A DNA stretch of 64,000 nucleotides from an uncultured Gemmatimonadales bacterium (GTDB taxonomy: Bacteria > Gemmatimonadota > Gemmatimonadetes > Gemmatimonadales > Gemmatimonadaceae). The stretch lies in NCBI GenBank assembly GCA_963851265.1, contig CAWKNZ010000002.1, positions 448,001 through 512,000 of the forward strand. The letters run 5' to 3'. The notes beneath the pieces were generated by a model, which saw only the letters and a list, made by a program, of their open reading frames with translations, was not told the DNA's origin and did no database searches. Below, piece after piece: positions 40,792 through 49,562 of the stretch. A program made the position numbers and the translations under genes. Numbering within the stretch: the first letter of the stretch is position 1; each line of letters starts with the position of its first letter.

Positions 40792-41706
40792 TTAGGCCAC
40801 GCGCGTCGCGCGCGACGCGTCGGGCGAGCCGAAGCACTGCGGGTGGAACAGGCGTGCGAAGAGTTCGACTCCGTCGACCAGGCGCGGCCCGGGGCGGCTC
40901 ACGTACGCGTTCGCGTCGACGGCCCACACCGCGCGCCCGCCGAGCCACCGCCAGTCCTGGTGCGCCAGAAGCGCGCGGGCCTCCGCGGTCGCCCGCGGCA
41001 GATCGTACCCGCACGGGGCGACGATGACGACTTCGGGGTCGGCCGCCGCGAGCACGTCGACCGGGACCGTCGTCGAGTGCGCGCCCGCGGTGCCGAGCAC
41101 GTCGACCCCGCCGGCGCGGCGCACCATCTCGGGGCCCCAGTGGCCGGCGAGGAATACGGGCTCGGTCCACTCCACCACGGCGACGCGCGGACGCGGCGCG
41201 CGGGCCGCCTTGAGCGCCTCGTGCACCGCGGCGAGCCGGGCGCCGAGCGCCGCCGCCAGCGCCTCGCCCGCAGGCTGTCGGCCGAGCGCTTCCGCCACGC
41301 GGCGGACATCGTCGCAGACGCCGGCGAGGGTCGTCCCGCCGAGCGTGACGACGGCGGGGGGCGACCCGGTCGTGGCGCCGAGACGCGCCGCGATCGCGCA
41401 CACGTCGTCCTGCGACACCGCGCACACGTCGCAGAGCGCCTGCGTGAGCAGCACGTCGGGGCGGAGCGCGGCGATGGCGCCGTCATCGAGGGTGAACATC
41501 GGCGCGCCCGCGGCGGCCGCGGTGCGCACGGCGGCGTCCACCTCGCCCGGCGGGGCGTGTACCGGGACGGCGCTCGCCGTCACCCGCGGCCGTCCCGCAG
41601 CCTCGGGCGGGAAGTCGCATTCGTGCGTGACACCGGCGACGGAATCGAACGCGCCTAATGCGGCACAGATTTCGGTGGCCGCGGGGAGGAGGGAGACGAC
41701 GCGCAT
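40792..41706 (-). CDS. Cobalamin/Fe-siderophore-type periplasmic binding protein
   Basis: MRVVSLLPAATE, GVTHECDFP, TQALCDVCAV, GHWGPEM, APCG, SRPGPRL. Confidence 0.85.
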   Translation of the reverse strand: MRVVSLLPAATEICAALGAFDSVAGVTHECDFPPEAAGRPRVTASAVPVHAPPGEVDAAVRTAAAAGAPMFTLDDGAIAALRPDVLLTQALCDVCAVSQDDVCAIAARLGATTGSPPAVVTLGGTTLAGVCDDVRRVAEALGRQPAGEALAAALGARLAAVHEALKAARAPRPRVAVVEWTEPVFLAGHWGPEMVRRAGGVDVLGTAGAHSTTVPVDVLAAADPEVVIVAPCGYDLPRATAEARALLAHQDWRWLGGRAVWAVDANAYVSRPGPRLVDGVELFARLFHPQCFGSPDASRATRVA

Positions 41707-41709
41707 GAA

Positions 41710-42040
41710 ATGAGTCAGGGTGAGCCCGCGCGCGCCGGCCGACGGCCGCGCGCGCGGTCGATGTGGACAATCGCGGCGCATGGCGCGCCGCGTACGTCGC
41801 GAGCGAGTCGTGGACGCGGACGTGGTGCGCGCGTGCGTCGGCGAGTGCGTCACGGTCCGCGACGAGTTCCTGCCGGATCGCCGCGAGCGCCTGCGCCGTG
41901 CGCGCCCGCTGCGCACGGTTCTGTGCCCAGTCGTTGACGACGAAGCCGAGCACCACTCCGAAGACGATGAGAAGTGAGTCGACGACCGGCTTCGCCAGTC
42001 CCGGTGCGCGCGCGCCGCGCGCCCCCGGCGCGTCGCTCAC
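41710..42040 (-). pseudogene. Probably truncated membrane-anchored hypothetical protein
   Basis: GTGA-coupled start, TM LLIVFGVVLGFVVNDW plus coiled segment; frame then runs to 41483 over the next gene with non-coding-like composition. Confidence 0.45.
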
Positions 42041-43011
42041 GCGACGGCGGGCCGCGCCGAGCCCCACACGCCGAGCAGCCGCAGCACCCCCGCCAGCACC
42101 AGCGCCGCCCCAGGCACCAGCCACCCCGACGGCACCTCGCCCAACGCGGCGGCCGCCGCGACCGCCGACACCACCGGCACGAGCAGCAGCGACCCGCTCG
42201 CGAGCACCGGCGACAGCCGCTCCGACGCGGTCGCGAACCCCACCGTCGGCACGAACGTGCACGCCACGCCGAACAGCGCGAGCAGCGCCCACCCCCGGCC
42301 GTCGAGCGCGCCGGCGGGGACGAACGGCACGCCCGTGGCGACCGCGTGCAGTGCGAGCGCCGCGCACCCGACGACGAACGTGAGCACCGCGACGCCGAGC
42401 GACGCGGGCGCGTCCCGCCCGCCGGTCGCGGCGCGCCGCTGTGCCGTGCGGAACGTGAGCGCGTACCCCGCCGAGAGCGCCGCCGACCCCAGCGCGAGGA
42501 GGTCGCCCAGGACGTGTGTGGGCGCCCCCCCGCCCGTACCGCTCCCGATGCCCGCGCGCAGCGCGGGCACGAGCGTCACCGCCACCCCGGCCACGGCGAG
42601 CGCGGCGCCCTGCCGCTCGCGGGGCGCGGCGGGCTCGCCCCCCAACCGCCGCATGCCGAGCGCGCAGAGCGGCGCCGTCGCGATCAGGAGCGCCACCTCG
42701 GCCACCGGCGCGAGACGGAAGGCGATCACCGCGACCACGTAGTACGCCGTGAGCGTCGCGGCGAGCGCCCACGCCACGGGCGTGCGGAGCGCCGCGCCGA
42801 CTTCCCGCCGCACGCGCGCTGCGGCAACCATCGGCAGCGAGGCCGCGAGCGCGAACGCCAGCCGCCCCGCGACGAGCTCGCGCGGCGAGAGCGCCGGGAT
42901 CTCGCGCACGAGCGTGCCGACCAGTCCCCACGCCAGCGCGGTCGCGCCCGCCGCCGCGAGCCCGACGCGGTCGAGCCGCGCCGCCGGCGCGGTGCCGGCC
43001 GGTGCCGTCAC
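42037..43011 (-). CDS. EamA/DMT family transporter
   Basis: About 10 TMs in two repeats, AWG, GDLLALGSA, LGE. Confidence 0.85.
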   Translation of the reverse strand: MTAPAGTAPAARLDRVGLAAAGATALAWGLVGTLVREIPALSPRELVAGRLAFALAASLPMVAAARVRREVGAALRTPVAWALAATLTAYYVVAVIAFRLAPVAEVALLIATAPLCALGMRRLGGEPAAPRERQGAALAVAGVAVTLVPALRAGIGSGTGGGAPTHVLGDLLALGSAALSAGYALTFRTAQRRAATGGRDAPASLGVAVLTFVVGCAALALHAVATGVPFVPAGALDGRGWALLALFGVACTFVPTVGFATASERLSPVLASGSLLLVPVVSAVAAAAALGEVPSGWLVPGAALVLAGVLRLLGVWGSARPAVA

Positions 43012-44762
43012 CGCGCCTCGTACACCGCGCGCCCGCCGACGTAGGTCGCGAGCACGCGCGCGGCGAGGATCTCGTCCGCCGCCGCGCGCATGACGTCGCG
43101 GTCGAGCACGACGAAGTCGGCGTACTTGCCCGCCGTGAGCGACCCGAGGTCGTGTTCCTGGAACGCCGCCATCGCCGGCCAGAGCGTGACCGAGCGCAGC
43201 GCCTCGTCCCGGGTCATCCGCTGCTCGGGGTGCCACCCGCCCGGGGGCCACCCCGCCGCGTCCTGCCGCGACACCGCGGCGTGGAACGAGATCAGCGGGT
43301 TCACGCGCTCCACCGGGAAGTCGCTCCCGTTAGGCACGATGCTTCCCGCGTCGATCAGCGAGCGCCAGGCGTAGGCGCCGTACAGCCGCCCCTCGCCGAG
43401 CCGCGTGCCCGCCCAGTACATGTCGCTCGTCTGGTGGCTCGCCTGCATGCTCGGAATCACCCCGAGCGCGGCGAAGCGCGGCACGTCGTCGTGGTGGAGG
43501 ATCTGCGCGTGCTCGATCCGGAAGCGGTGGTCCGCCGTCGGCACCTCGCGCAGCGCGGCCTCGTAGGCGTCGAGCACGAGCCGGTTGGCGCGGTCGCCGA
43601 TCGCGTGCGTGTTCACCTGGAAGCCGGCGCGCAGCGCGCGGGTCGCGACGTCGCGGATGTGCGCGGGCGCGCTCACCAGCAGCCCGGCGTTCCTCGGGTC
43701 GTCGTTGTACGGCTCGAGCAGCGCCGCGCCCCGCGACCCTAACGCGCCGTCGGCGTACAGCTTGACCGCGCGCACCCACAGCCGCCCGCCGGCGAGCGCG
43801 GAGCGCGGCCCGCGCGCGAAGTAGTACGCGAGCGCCGCCGAGTCGTCGCCCACCATCACGTACGTACGCAGCTCCAACTCGCCCGCGCCCGCCATCTCTT
43901 CCATCAACTCGATCACGGGGCGCGGTTCGCCGGGGTCGTGCACCCCCGTCAGCCCGTAGCGGTGCAGCTCGGCGGTCGCGTCGCGCAGCGCGGTCCGCAC
44001 CTCCGCCCGGGTCGGCGGCGGGATCACGCGCTCGACGAGCGACTTCGCGTTGTCGACGAACACCCCGGTCGGATTGCCGGCCGCGTCCCGCTCGATGCGC
44101 CCGCCCGCGGGGTCCGGCGTGTCGCGCGTGACCCCCGCCGCGCGCATCGCCGCCGCGTTCGCCAGCCCGGCGTGCCCGTCGATGCGCGCCAGCCACACGG
44201 GCCGGTCCGGCACGGCCGCCGACAGCGCTTCGTGCGTCGGGAAGCGCGTGTCGCCCCACGCGTTCTGGTCCCACCCGTGGCCGAGCACCCACGTGCTCCC
44301 CGCGCCTGCCACCGCCGGGTGCGCGCGCGCGCGCTCGGCCACGCGGCGCACCACCTCCGCGTACGCGCGCGTGCCGGCGACGTCCACCTCGTGCAGCACC
44401 AGCCCGAGCTCGAGCAGATGACCGTGCGCGTCGACGAGCCCCGGCAGCACGGTGCGCCCGCCGAGGTCGAGGACGCGCGTGCCCGGTCCGCCGAGCGCCC
44501 GCGCGCCGCCCGCGTCACCGACGAACGCCAGCCGCCCGCCGCGCACCGCGAGCGCGGTCGCGAGCGGACGTCCCGCGTCGGCGGTGTAGACACGCGCGTT
44601 GACGACGACGAGCTCCGCGGGCGGCGGGGCCGCGCCGCCCACGGGCGGCCGCGGCTGCGCGGCGAGCGGCGTCGACGGCGACACCGCAGCGAGGGCTGCG
44701 GCAAGCGCGGCGACGATCGCCGCGGACACGACGGACGGATGGATCCGGGCGAGTGCGCTCAT
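43008..44762 (-). CDS. Amidohydrolase_3 (YtcJ-like), secreted
   Basis: PGLVDAHGH, RIDGHA, KLYADGALGSRGA, HAIGDRAN, RIEHAQ, GSDFPVE. Confidence 0.92.
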   Translation of the reverse strand: MSALARIHPSVVSAAIVAALAAALAAVSPSTPLAAQPRPPVGGAAPPPAELVVVNARVYTADAGRPLATALAVRGGRLAFVGDAGGARALGGPGTRVLDLGGRTVLPGLVDAHGHLLELGLVLHEVDVAGTRAYAEVVRRVAERARAHPAVAGAGSTWVLGHGWDQNAWGDTRFPTHEALSAAVPDRPVWLARIDGHAGLANAAAMRAAGVTRDTPDPAGGRIERDAAGNPTGVFVDNAKSLVERVIPPPTRAEVRTALRDATAELHRYGLTGVHDPGEPRPVIELMEEMAGAGELELRTYVMVGDDSAALAYYFARGPRSALAGGRLWVRAVKLYADGALGSRGAALLEPYNDDPRNAGLLVSAPAHIRDVATRALRAGFQVNTHAIGDRANRLVLDAYEAALREVPTADHRFRIEHAQILHHDDVPRFAALGVIPSMQASHQTSDMYWAGTRLGEGRLYGAYAWRSLIDAGSIVPNGSDFPVERVNPLISFHAAVSRQDAAGWPPGGWHPEQRMTRDEALRSVTLWPAMAAFQEHDLGSLTAGKYADFVVLDRDVMRAAADEILAARVLATYVGGRAVYEAR

Positions 44763-44973
44763 GCGCGGCAAGGTAAGCGGCCGCGAGACTGGGCCGGCGA
44801 ACGGCGCCGGCGAACGGCGCCGGCCACCGCGGCGGGGAATCGGTGACGAACGCCGTTTCCCGCGGGGTCTTGCCTTCCGGGTCGTCCCGTGTGACCGTCC
44901 CGGGCTGCGCGGCTCGACGCCTCGCACCTAGTCGCACGCCCCCACTCAACGCTCGCCCGCAGGAGATCAGGAT

Positions 44974-46455
44974 ATGAGGCTTCGTGCGCACGCACGCCGG
45001 TGGTGGCCCACCCTCGCCGCAGCTGGTGCGGCCGCCACCGGCGTGATGGCCGCGGCCCCCGCCGCCCGCGCCCAGGGGTTTGGATTGAACGAGATCGGGA
45101 GCTGCGCGATCGCGCGCGGCTTCGCGGTCACGGGCGCGCCCTGCGCCGACGCGTCGTCGCTGTACTGGAACCCGGGTGCGGTGAGCAACCTGCCGATGGG
45201 CGTCTCGGTCTACGCCGGCTCGGCGGCGATCGGCATCAACGGGAAGTTCACGGCCGACGGCAGCGGCCGCGTTTACAACGCCAACGTGCCCACGGCGCTC
45301 CCGCCGTATCTCGGACTCGCCGTGCGCACCTCGCCGCGCCTGATGCTCGGCATCGCGACCTACGTGCCCTACGGCCTCACGTCGCAGTGGAACAACGACT
45401 TCCCCGGGCGCTTCTCCGCGCAGAAGTCGGCGCTCCAGGACTTCTACATCCAGCCGACCATCGCCTACGAGCTCGTCCCCGGCCGACTCTCCGTCGGCGG
45501 CGGCGCCATCCTCGCCTACTCGCAGCTCGAACTGCGCCAGTCGCTCGACTTCTCGCAGAGCCCCATCCCGGGGGGCGGCGGCGCGACCTTCGCCAGCCTC
45601 GGCATCCAGCCCGGCACCGAGTTCGCCCGCGCCAAGGTCGCCGGCAACGGCGTCGGCGGCGGCTACACCCTCGGCATCCACGCGCGCCCGATCTCCTCGC
45701 TCTCCATCGGCGCGCGCTACCTGAGCAAGGTGCGCATCGAGTACCGCGGCGCGCAGGCCGACTTCACCACGGTGTCCGCGGCCGACAGCGTCACCTTCGC
45801 CACCGGCAACCCGCTCGGCGTGCCTAACGGAACGTCGCTGCAGCAGGTGGTCGCCGCGCAGTTCCAGCCCGGCGGCTCGCTCGCGCGCGGACAGACCGCG
45901 AGCACGACGATCACCAACCCCGCGCAGTACCAGGTCGGGATCGGCTTCAACGGCCTCCCCAACACCACCCTGTCGCTCGACTACGCGCAGGTCCGGTGGT
46001 CGTCGTTCCAGTCGCTGCCCGTCAACTTCACGACCCAGGCCGGCGTGCCCAACGTCGCGCTCTCGCGCGTGCAGCTCGAGGACTACCACGACTCCAAGTC
46101 CTACCGCGGCGGCCTCGAACACCGCCTCGGCGGCGACGGCGGCATCGCCGTCCGCCTCGGCTACGCCTACGAGGAGGGCGCCGCGCCCGACGTCACCGTG
46201 ACGCCGCTCCTCCCCGACATGAACCGCTACGCCTTCGGCGGCGGCCTCGGGGTCCCGCTCGGCGGCCACAGCCTGCTCGGCCTCGGCCGCGGCGGCTACA
46301 TGCTCGACCTGTCGTACCTGCGCATCGACACCCGCGGGCGCCGCGGCCGCACCGGCGAGCGACTCTCCGAGACGCTCACCGCCCAGCAGGTCAACAACGG
46401 CTACTACAACCTGAACGCGAACGTCCTCTCCGCGAGCGTGCGGGCCAACTTCTGA
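44974..46455 (+). CDS. FadL/OmpP1/TodX outer-membrane channel
   Basis: Signal peptide followed by QGFGLNE, DASSLYWNPG, VPYGL, LPDMNR, C-terminal Phe. Confidence 0.88.
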   Translation: MRLRAHARRWWPTLAAAGAAATGVMAAAPAARAQGFGLNEIGSCAIARGFAVTGAPCADASSLYWNPGAVSNLPMGVSVYAGSAAIGINGKFTADGSGRVYNANVPTALPPYLGLAVRTSPRLMLGIATYVPYGLTSQWNNDFPGRFSAQKSALQDFYIQPTIAYELVPGRLSVGGGAILAYSQLELRQSLDFSQSPIPGGGGATFASLGIQPGTEFARAKVAGNGVGGGYTLGIHARPISSLSIGARYLSKVRIEYRGAQADFTTVSAADSVTFATGNPLGVPNGTSLQQVVAAQFQPGGSLARGQTASTTITNPAQYQVGIGFNGLPNTTLSLDYAQVRWSSFQSLPVNFTTQAGVPNVALSRVQLEDYHDSKSYRGGLEHRLGGDGGIAVRLGYAYEEGAAPDVTVTPLLPDMNRYAFGGGLGVPLGGHSLLGLGRGGYMLDLSYLRIDTRGRRGRTGERLSETLTAQQVNNGYYNLNANVLSASVRANF

Positions 46456-46477
46456 GCTAGCTGACGCGCCACCTCCC

Positions 46478-47851
46478 ATGACTTCGCGCTCCACCCTCCG
46501 CGCGGCCGTCCGCGCCGCCAGACCGGCCGCCGCCCTCGCCGCCGCCGTCGCAGCGGCCGCCTGCAGCCGGGACCCGATCCTCGTCGGCGCCACCCCGCCC
46601 GCCGCCGCGCCGTTCATGGCGCGTTACGTCGCGATCGGCAACAGCATCACCGCCGGGTACCAGTCCGGCGGCATCACCGACTCGACCCAGCGCCGCAGCT
46701 ACGCGCGCATGCTCGCGATCGCGGCCGGCGCGACGTATAACTACCCGTCGTTCCGAGCGCCGGGCTGCCCACCCCCGATCGTCAACTTCCTGACCGGAGT
46801 GCGCACCAACAACGACACGTCGAGCACGTCGTGCGCGCTGCGGGACCCCGCGTCGGCCACCGCGTCGCTCAACAACGTGGCCGTCCCGGGCGCCAACTCG
46901 TGGGACGCCGTCGGCCGCGGCCTGACGGCGACCACCACCACCCCCGCCTCGCTCACCACCGGCGGCTACAGCGCGCTCACCGCCTTCATCCTCGGCGGGC
47001 AGACGCAGCTCCAGCGTGCCGTGCAGCTCGACCCGACCTTCGCGACCGTCTGGATCGGAAACCTTGACGTGCTCGCCGGCGCGCTCCAGTCCGCAGGCGA
47101 CAGCACGAAGGCGACCAACGTCGCCAACTTCACCAGTAACTACGCCGCACTCGTCAACGGACTCACCAACGGCAGCCCCAACCTCAAGGGCGGCGTACTG
47201 ATCGGCGTCGTCGACCCGACCGCCGTCCCGCTCCTCGTTCCGTTCGCGGTGTTCAATCCGAACGTGCCAGGGTCGAGCGCCGCGGCGTACCAGGCGGTAC
47301 TCGGCGTGTTCGGGGTGGGCACCACGCGCCCGGTGACGTTCCGCCTTCTGTTCAGCGCCAACTGCACCACGTCCGGCGCGGCGATCGCGTTCCCCGCGCT
47401 CGTGCAACTCAACCGCCTGATCCCGGTCGCGGCCCCGAGCTTCACCATCGATTGCAGCGGCACGTCGCTCCTCGCCGCGAACACGCCGCAGACCCTCTTT
47501 TTCGTGACCGACGCGGAGCGGACGTTCTACCAGAACCGGGTCGTCGCCTACAACACCTACATCCACGCCAAGGCCGACAGCATCGGGTGGGCGTACGTCG
47601 ACCCGAACCCGCTGTTCGTCGCGCTCAAGCAGCAGGGCGCGATTCCGCCTTTCCCCGACCTCGCCCATCCGACGGCCCCTTTCGCGGTGGCGGCGGGAAC
47701 GGCCCAGCAGGTCCGGTACATCACCAACGACGGTGTCCACCCGAGCACGTCCGCGCACTTCGTGCTGGCCAACACGCTTATCACCGCGATCAACACGAAG
47801 TACGGCTCGACGATCCGCGCGCTCACGCCGGCGGATACGACGGGTCTGTAG
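46478..47851 (+). CDS. SGNH/GDSL hydrolase lipoprotein
   Basis: Lipobox AAAC, YVAIGNSITAG, NVAVPGA, WIGN, DGVHPS. Confidence 0.82.
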   Translation: MTSRSTLRAAVRAARPAAALAAAVAAAACSRDPILVGATPPAAAPFMARYVAIGNSITAGYQSGGITDSTQRRSYARMLAIAAGATYNYPSFRAPGCPPPIVNFLTGVRTNNDTSSTSCALRDPASATASLNNVAVPGANSWDAVGRGLTATTTTPASLTTGGYSALTAFILGGQTQLQRAVQLDPTFATVWIGNLDVLAGALQSAGDSTKATNVANFTSNYAALVNGLTNGSPNLKGGVLIGVVDPTAVPLLVPFAVFNPNVPGSSAAAYQAVLGVFGVGTTRPVTFRLLFSANCTTSGAAIAFPALVQLNRLIPVAAPSFTIDCSGTSLLAANTPQTLFFVTDAERTFYQNRVVAYNTYIHAKADSIGWAYVDPNPLFVALKQQGAIPPFPDLAHPTAPFAVAAGTAQQVRYITNDGVHPSTSAHFVLANTLITAINTKYGSTIRALTPADTTGL

Positions 47852-47941
47852 CCGCACTCCTCCGCCCGGTTCGTGCGAGCGTCGCCCCGCTCACGCGGGG
47901 CGCGCTCGGCGTCGGGGGCGCGCCCACGCCCCCGACGCGGG

Positions 47942-48979
47942 TCAGGCTCGCGTCCCGAAGGCGTCGACCAGCGCACGGGCCGCCATGGCCTGCGCCTCTC
48001 GCGCCGCCTCGACGGCGGCGGCCATGCCGAAGAACTCGTGCGTCACGCCCGGGAAGGTCCGCTGCTCGGTCCGGACACCGGCCGCCCGCAAGCGCTCGGC
48101 CAGCTGTTCGCCCTCGGTGCGCAGCGGGTCGAGCTCGGCGTTGATGATCGTCGTCGGCGGCAGCCCCGCGAGATTCCCGTTCACGAGATCGATCGCCTCG
48201 GTGCGGCCCTGCTCCGCATTCTCGAGGTACTTGTCGAAGAACCAGCGCATCATCGGCGAGCTGAGCGGCTTGGCCTGCTCCATCTCGCGGTAGCTCTCCG
48301 TCTGCGTGTCGTAGCCGGCGATCGGGTACACGAGCACCTCGTGCACCGGAAGCTGGACGCCCTCGTCGCGCGCGTTGATCGACACGACGGCCGCCATGTT
48401 GCCGCCGGCGCTCTCGCCGAGCACCGCCACGCGCGCCCGGTCGCCGCCTAACGATTCGGCGTTCGCGAGGGTCCACTTGTACGCCGCATACACGTCCTCG
48501 TGCGCGGCGGGGAACTTGTGCTCGGGCGCCTGGCGGTAGTGCGTCGAGACCACGATCGCGTGCGCCGCGTTCGCGATCCCGCGCGGCGAGGCGTCGTACA
48601 CGTCGAGGTCGGCGATCACCCACCCGCCGCCGTGGATGTAGAAGACGACCGGAAGCAGCTGCCCCTCGCGGGCGCTCGCCGGCTTGTAGACGCGGACCTT
48701 GATCCCGCCGGCCGGGCCCTCGATGGTGCGGTCGTCGACGTCGCCGACGTCCTCCGGAATCGTGTTCTCCTCGCCACGGTCCTGCAACACCGCCTTGACC
48801 GCGTCGGCCGGCGTGGGCTGCTTGCGCGCGTCGGCCGCGTCGAGCGTCTCGATCGGCTTCGCGCCTGACGCCTGCATCGCGCGGAGTACGGCCGCCATGT
48901 CGGGGTTGGGCCGGCGGCCGCCGAACATCGACGCCAACTCCTCGATCGACTGGCCCTGCTGGGTATCGGATTGTGCCAT
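47942..48979 (-). CDS. Alpha/beta hydrolase esterase (HSL family)
   Basis: HGGGW, GESAGG, DPL, HEFF. Confidence 0.92.
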   Translation of the reverse strand: MAQSDTQQGQSIEELASMFGGRRPNPDMAAVLRAMQASGAKPIETLDAADARKQPTPADAVKAVLQDRGEENTIPEDVGDVDDRTIEGPAGGIKVRVYKPASAREGQLLPVVFYIHGGGWVIADLDVYDASPRGIANAAHAIVVSTHYRQAPEHKFPAAHEDVYAAYKWTLANAESLGGDRARVAVLGESAGGNMAAVVSINARDEGVQLPVHEVLVYPIAGYDTQTESYREMEQAKPLSSPMMRWFFDKYLENAEQGRTEAIDLVNGNLAGLPPTTIINAELDPLRTEGEQLAERLRAAGVRTEQRTFPGVTHEFFGMAAAVEAAREAQAMAARALVDAFGTRA

Positions 48980-49124
48980 GTCGCGTGATGCTCCTGTAGA
49001 TAGACTGGATGGTCGGGCCGTCGTGCCGGGCACGTTCGGTGCCCGCGAGCCACGGAACCGTCGGCCGTGCCTGCACCGGTATGCCGCAGCACGGGACGCC
49101 GCGGTCACCGGGAGAACGCGCGCC

Positions 49125-49305
49125 GTCACGTACTCGGTCCACGCCACACTGCCGTATGCGTCCGTCCCGGTCGTGTTTGCCGTCGTCGGCGCGGTCGTGG
49201 GCACGTTGCCGCCGTGGGCCGCGCGGCTGCGCAGCTACGGCCTCCACATCGCGGCCGACGTAGTCTTCGCCGTCGACCCGCTCCCGGAGGTCCAGCGGCG
49301 AGCGA
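49125..49305 (+). pseudogene. Possible relic of a ZIP/GufA-type metal transporter N-terminus
   Basis: YASVPVVFAVVGAVVGTLPPWAARLRSYGLHIAADVVFAVDPLPEVQRR resembles the ZIP TM1-TM2 pattern (P...RS..HFAAGVVF...ELLP); no start codon or continuation. Confidence 0.4.
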
Positions 49306-49562
49306 GCGCGGTCACCTGGCCCGGCTCGCTATCCACGACCGGGACGTCGTGCGGCCAGCCGCTGGCGGCGTGGAGCTTCCGCCGCGGGCGGCGAGTGCGA
49401 TACCCCCGGGCGTGAGCCGACGTCGACCGAGCCGATCACGGCGCGGGTGCGCGTGGCCCGGAGTCCGACGGTGCCGTGCCGGCTGTGCGCCACGTAGACC
49501 GTGGCTCCGTCCGGTGCGAGCGCGCCCTGTTCGGCGCGCCCGAGCCGGCCGTGCGAAATCGC

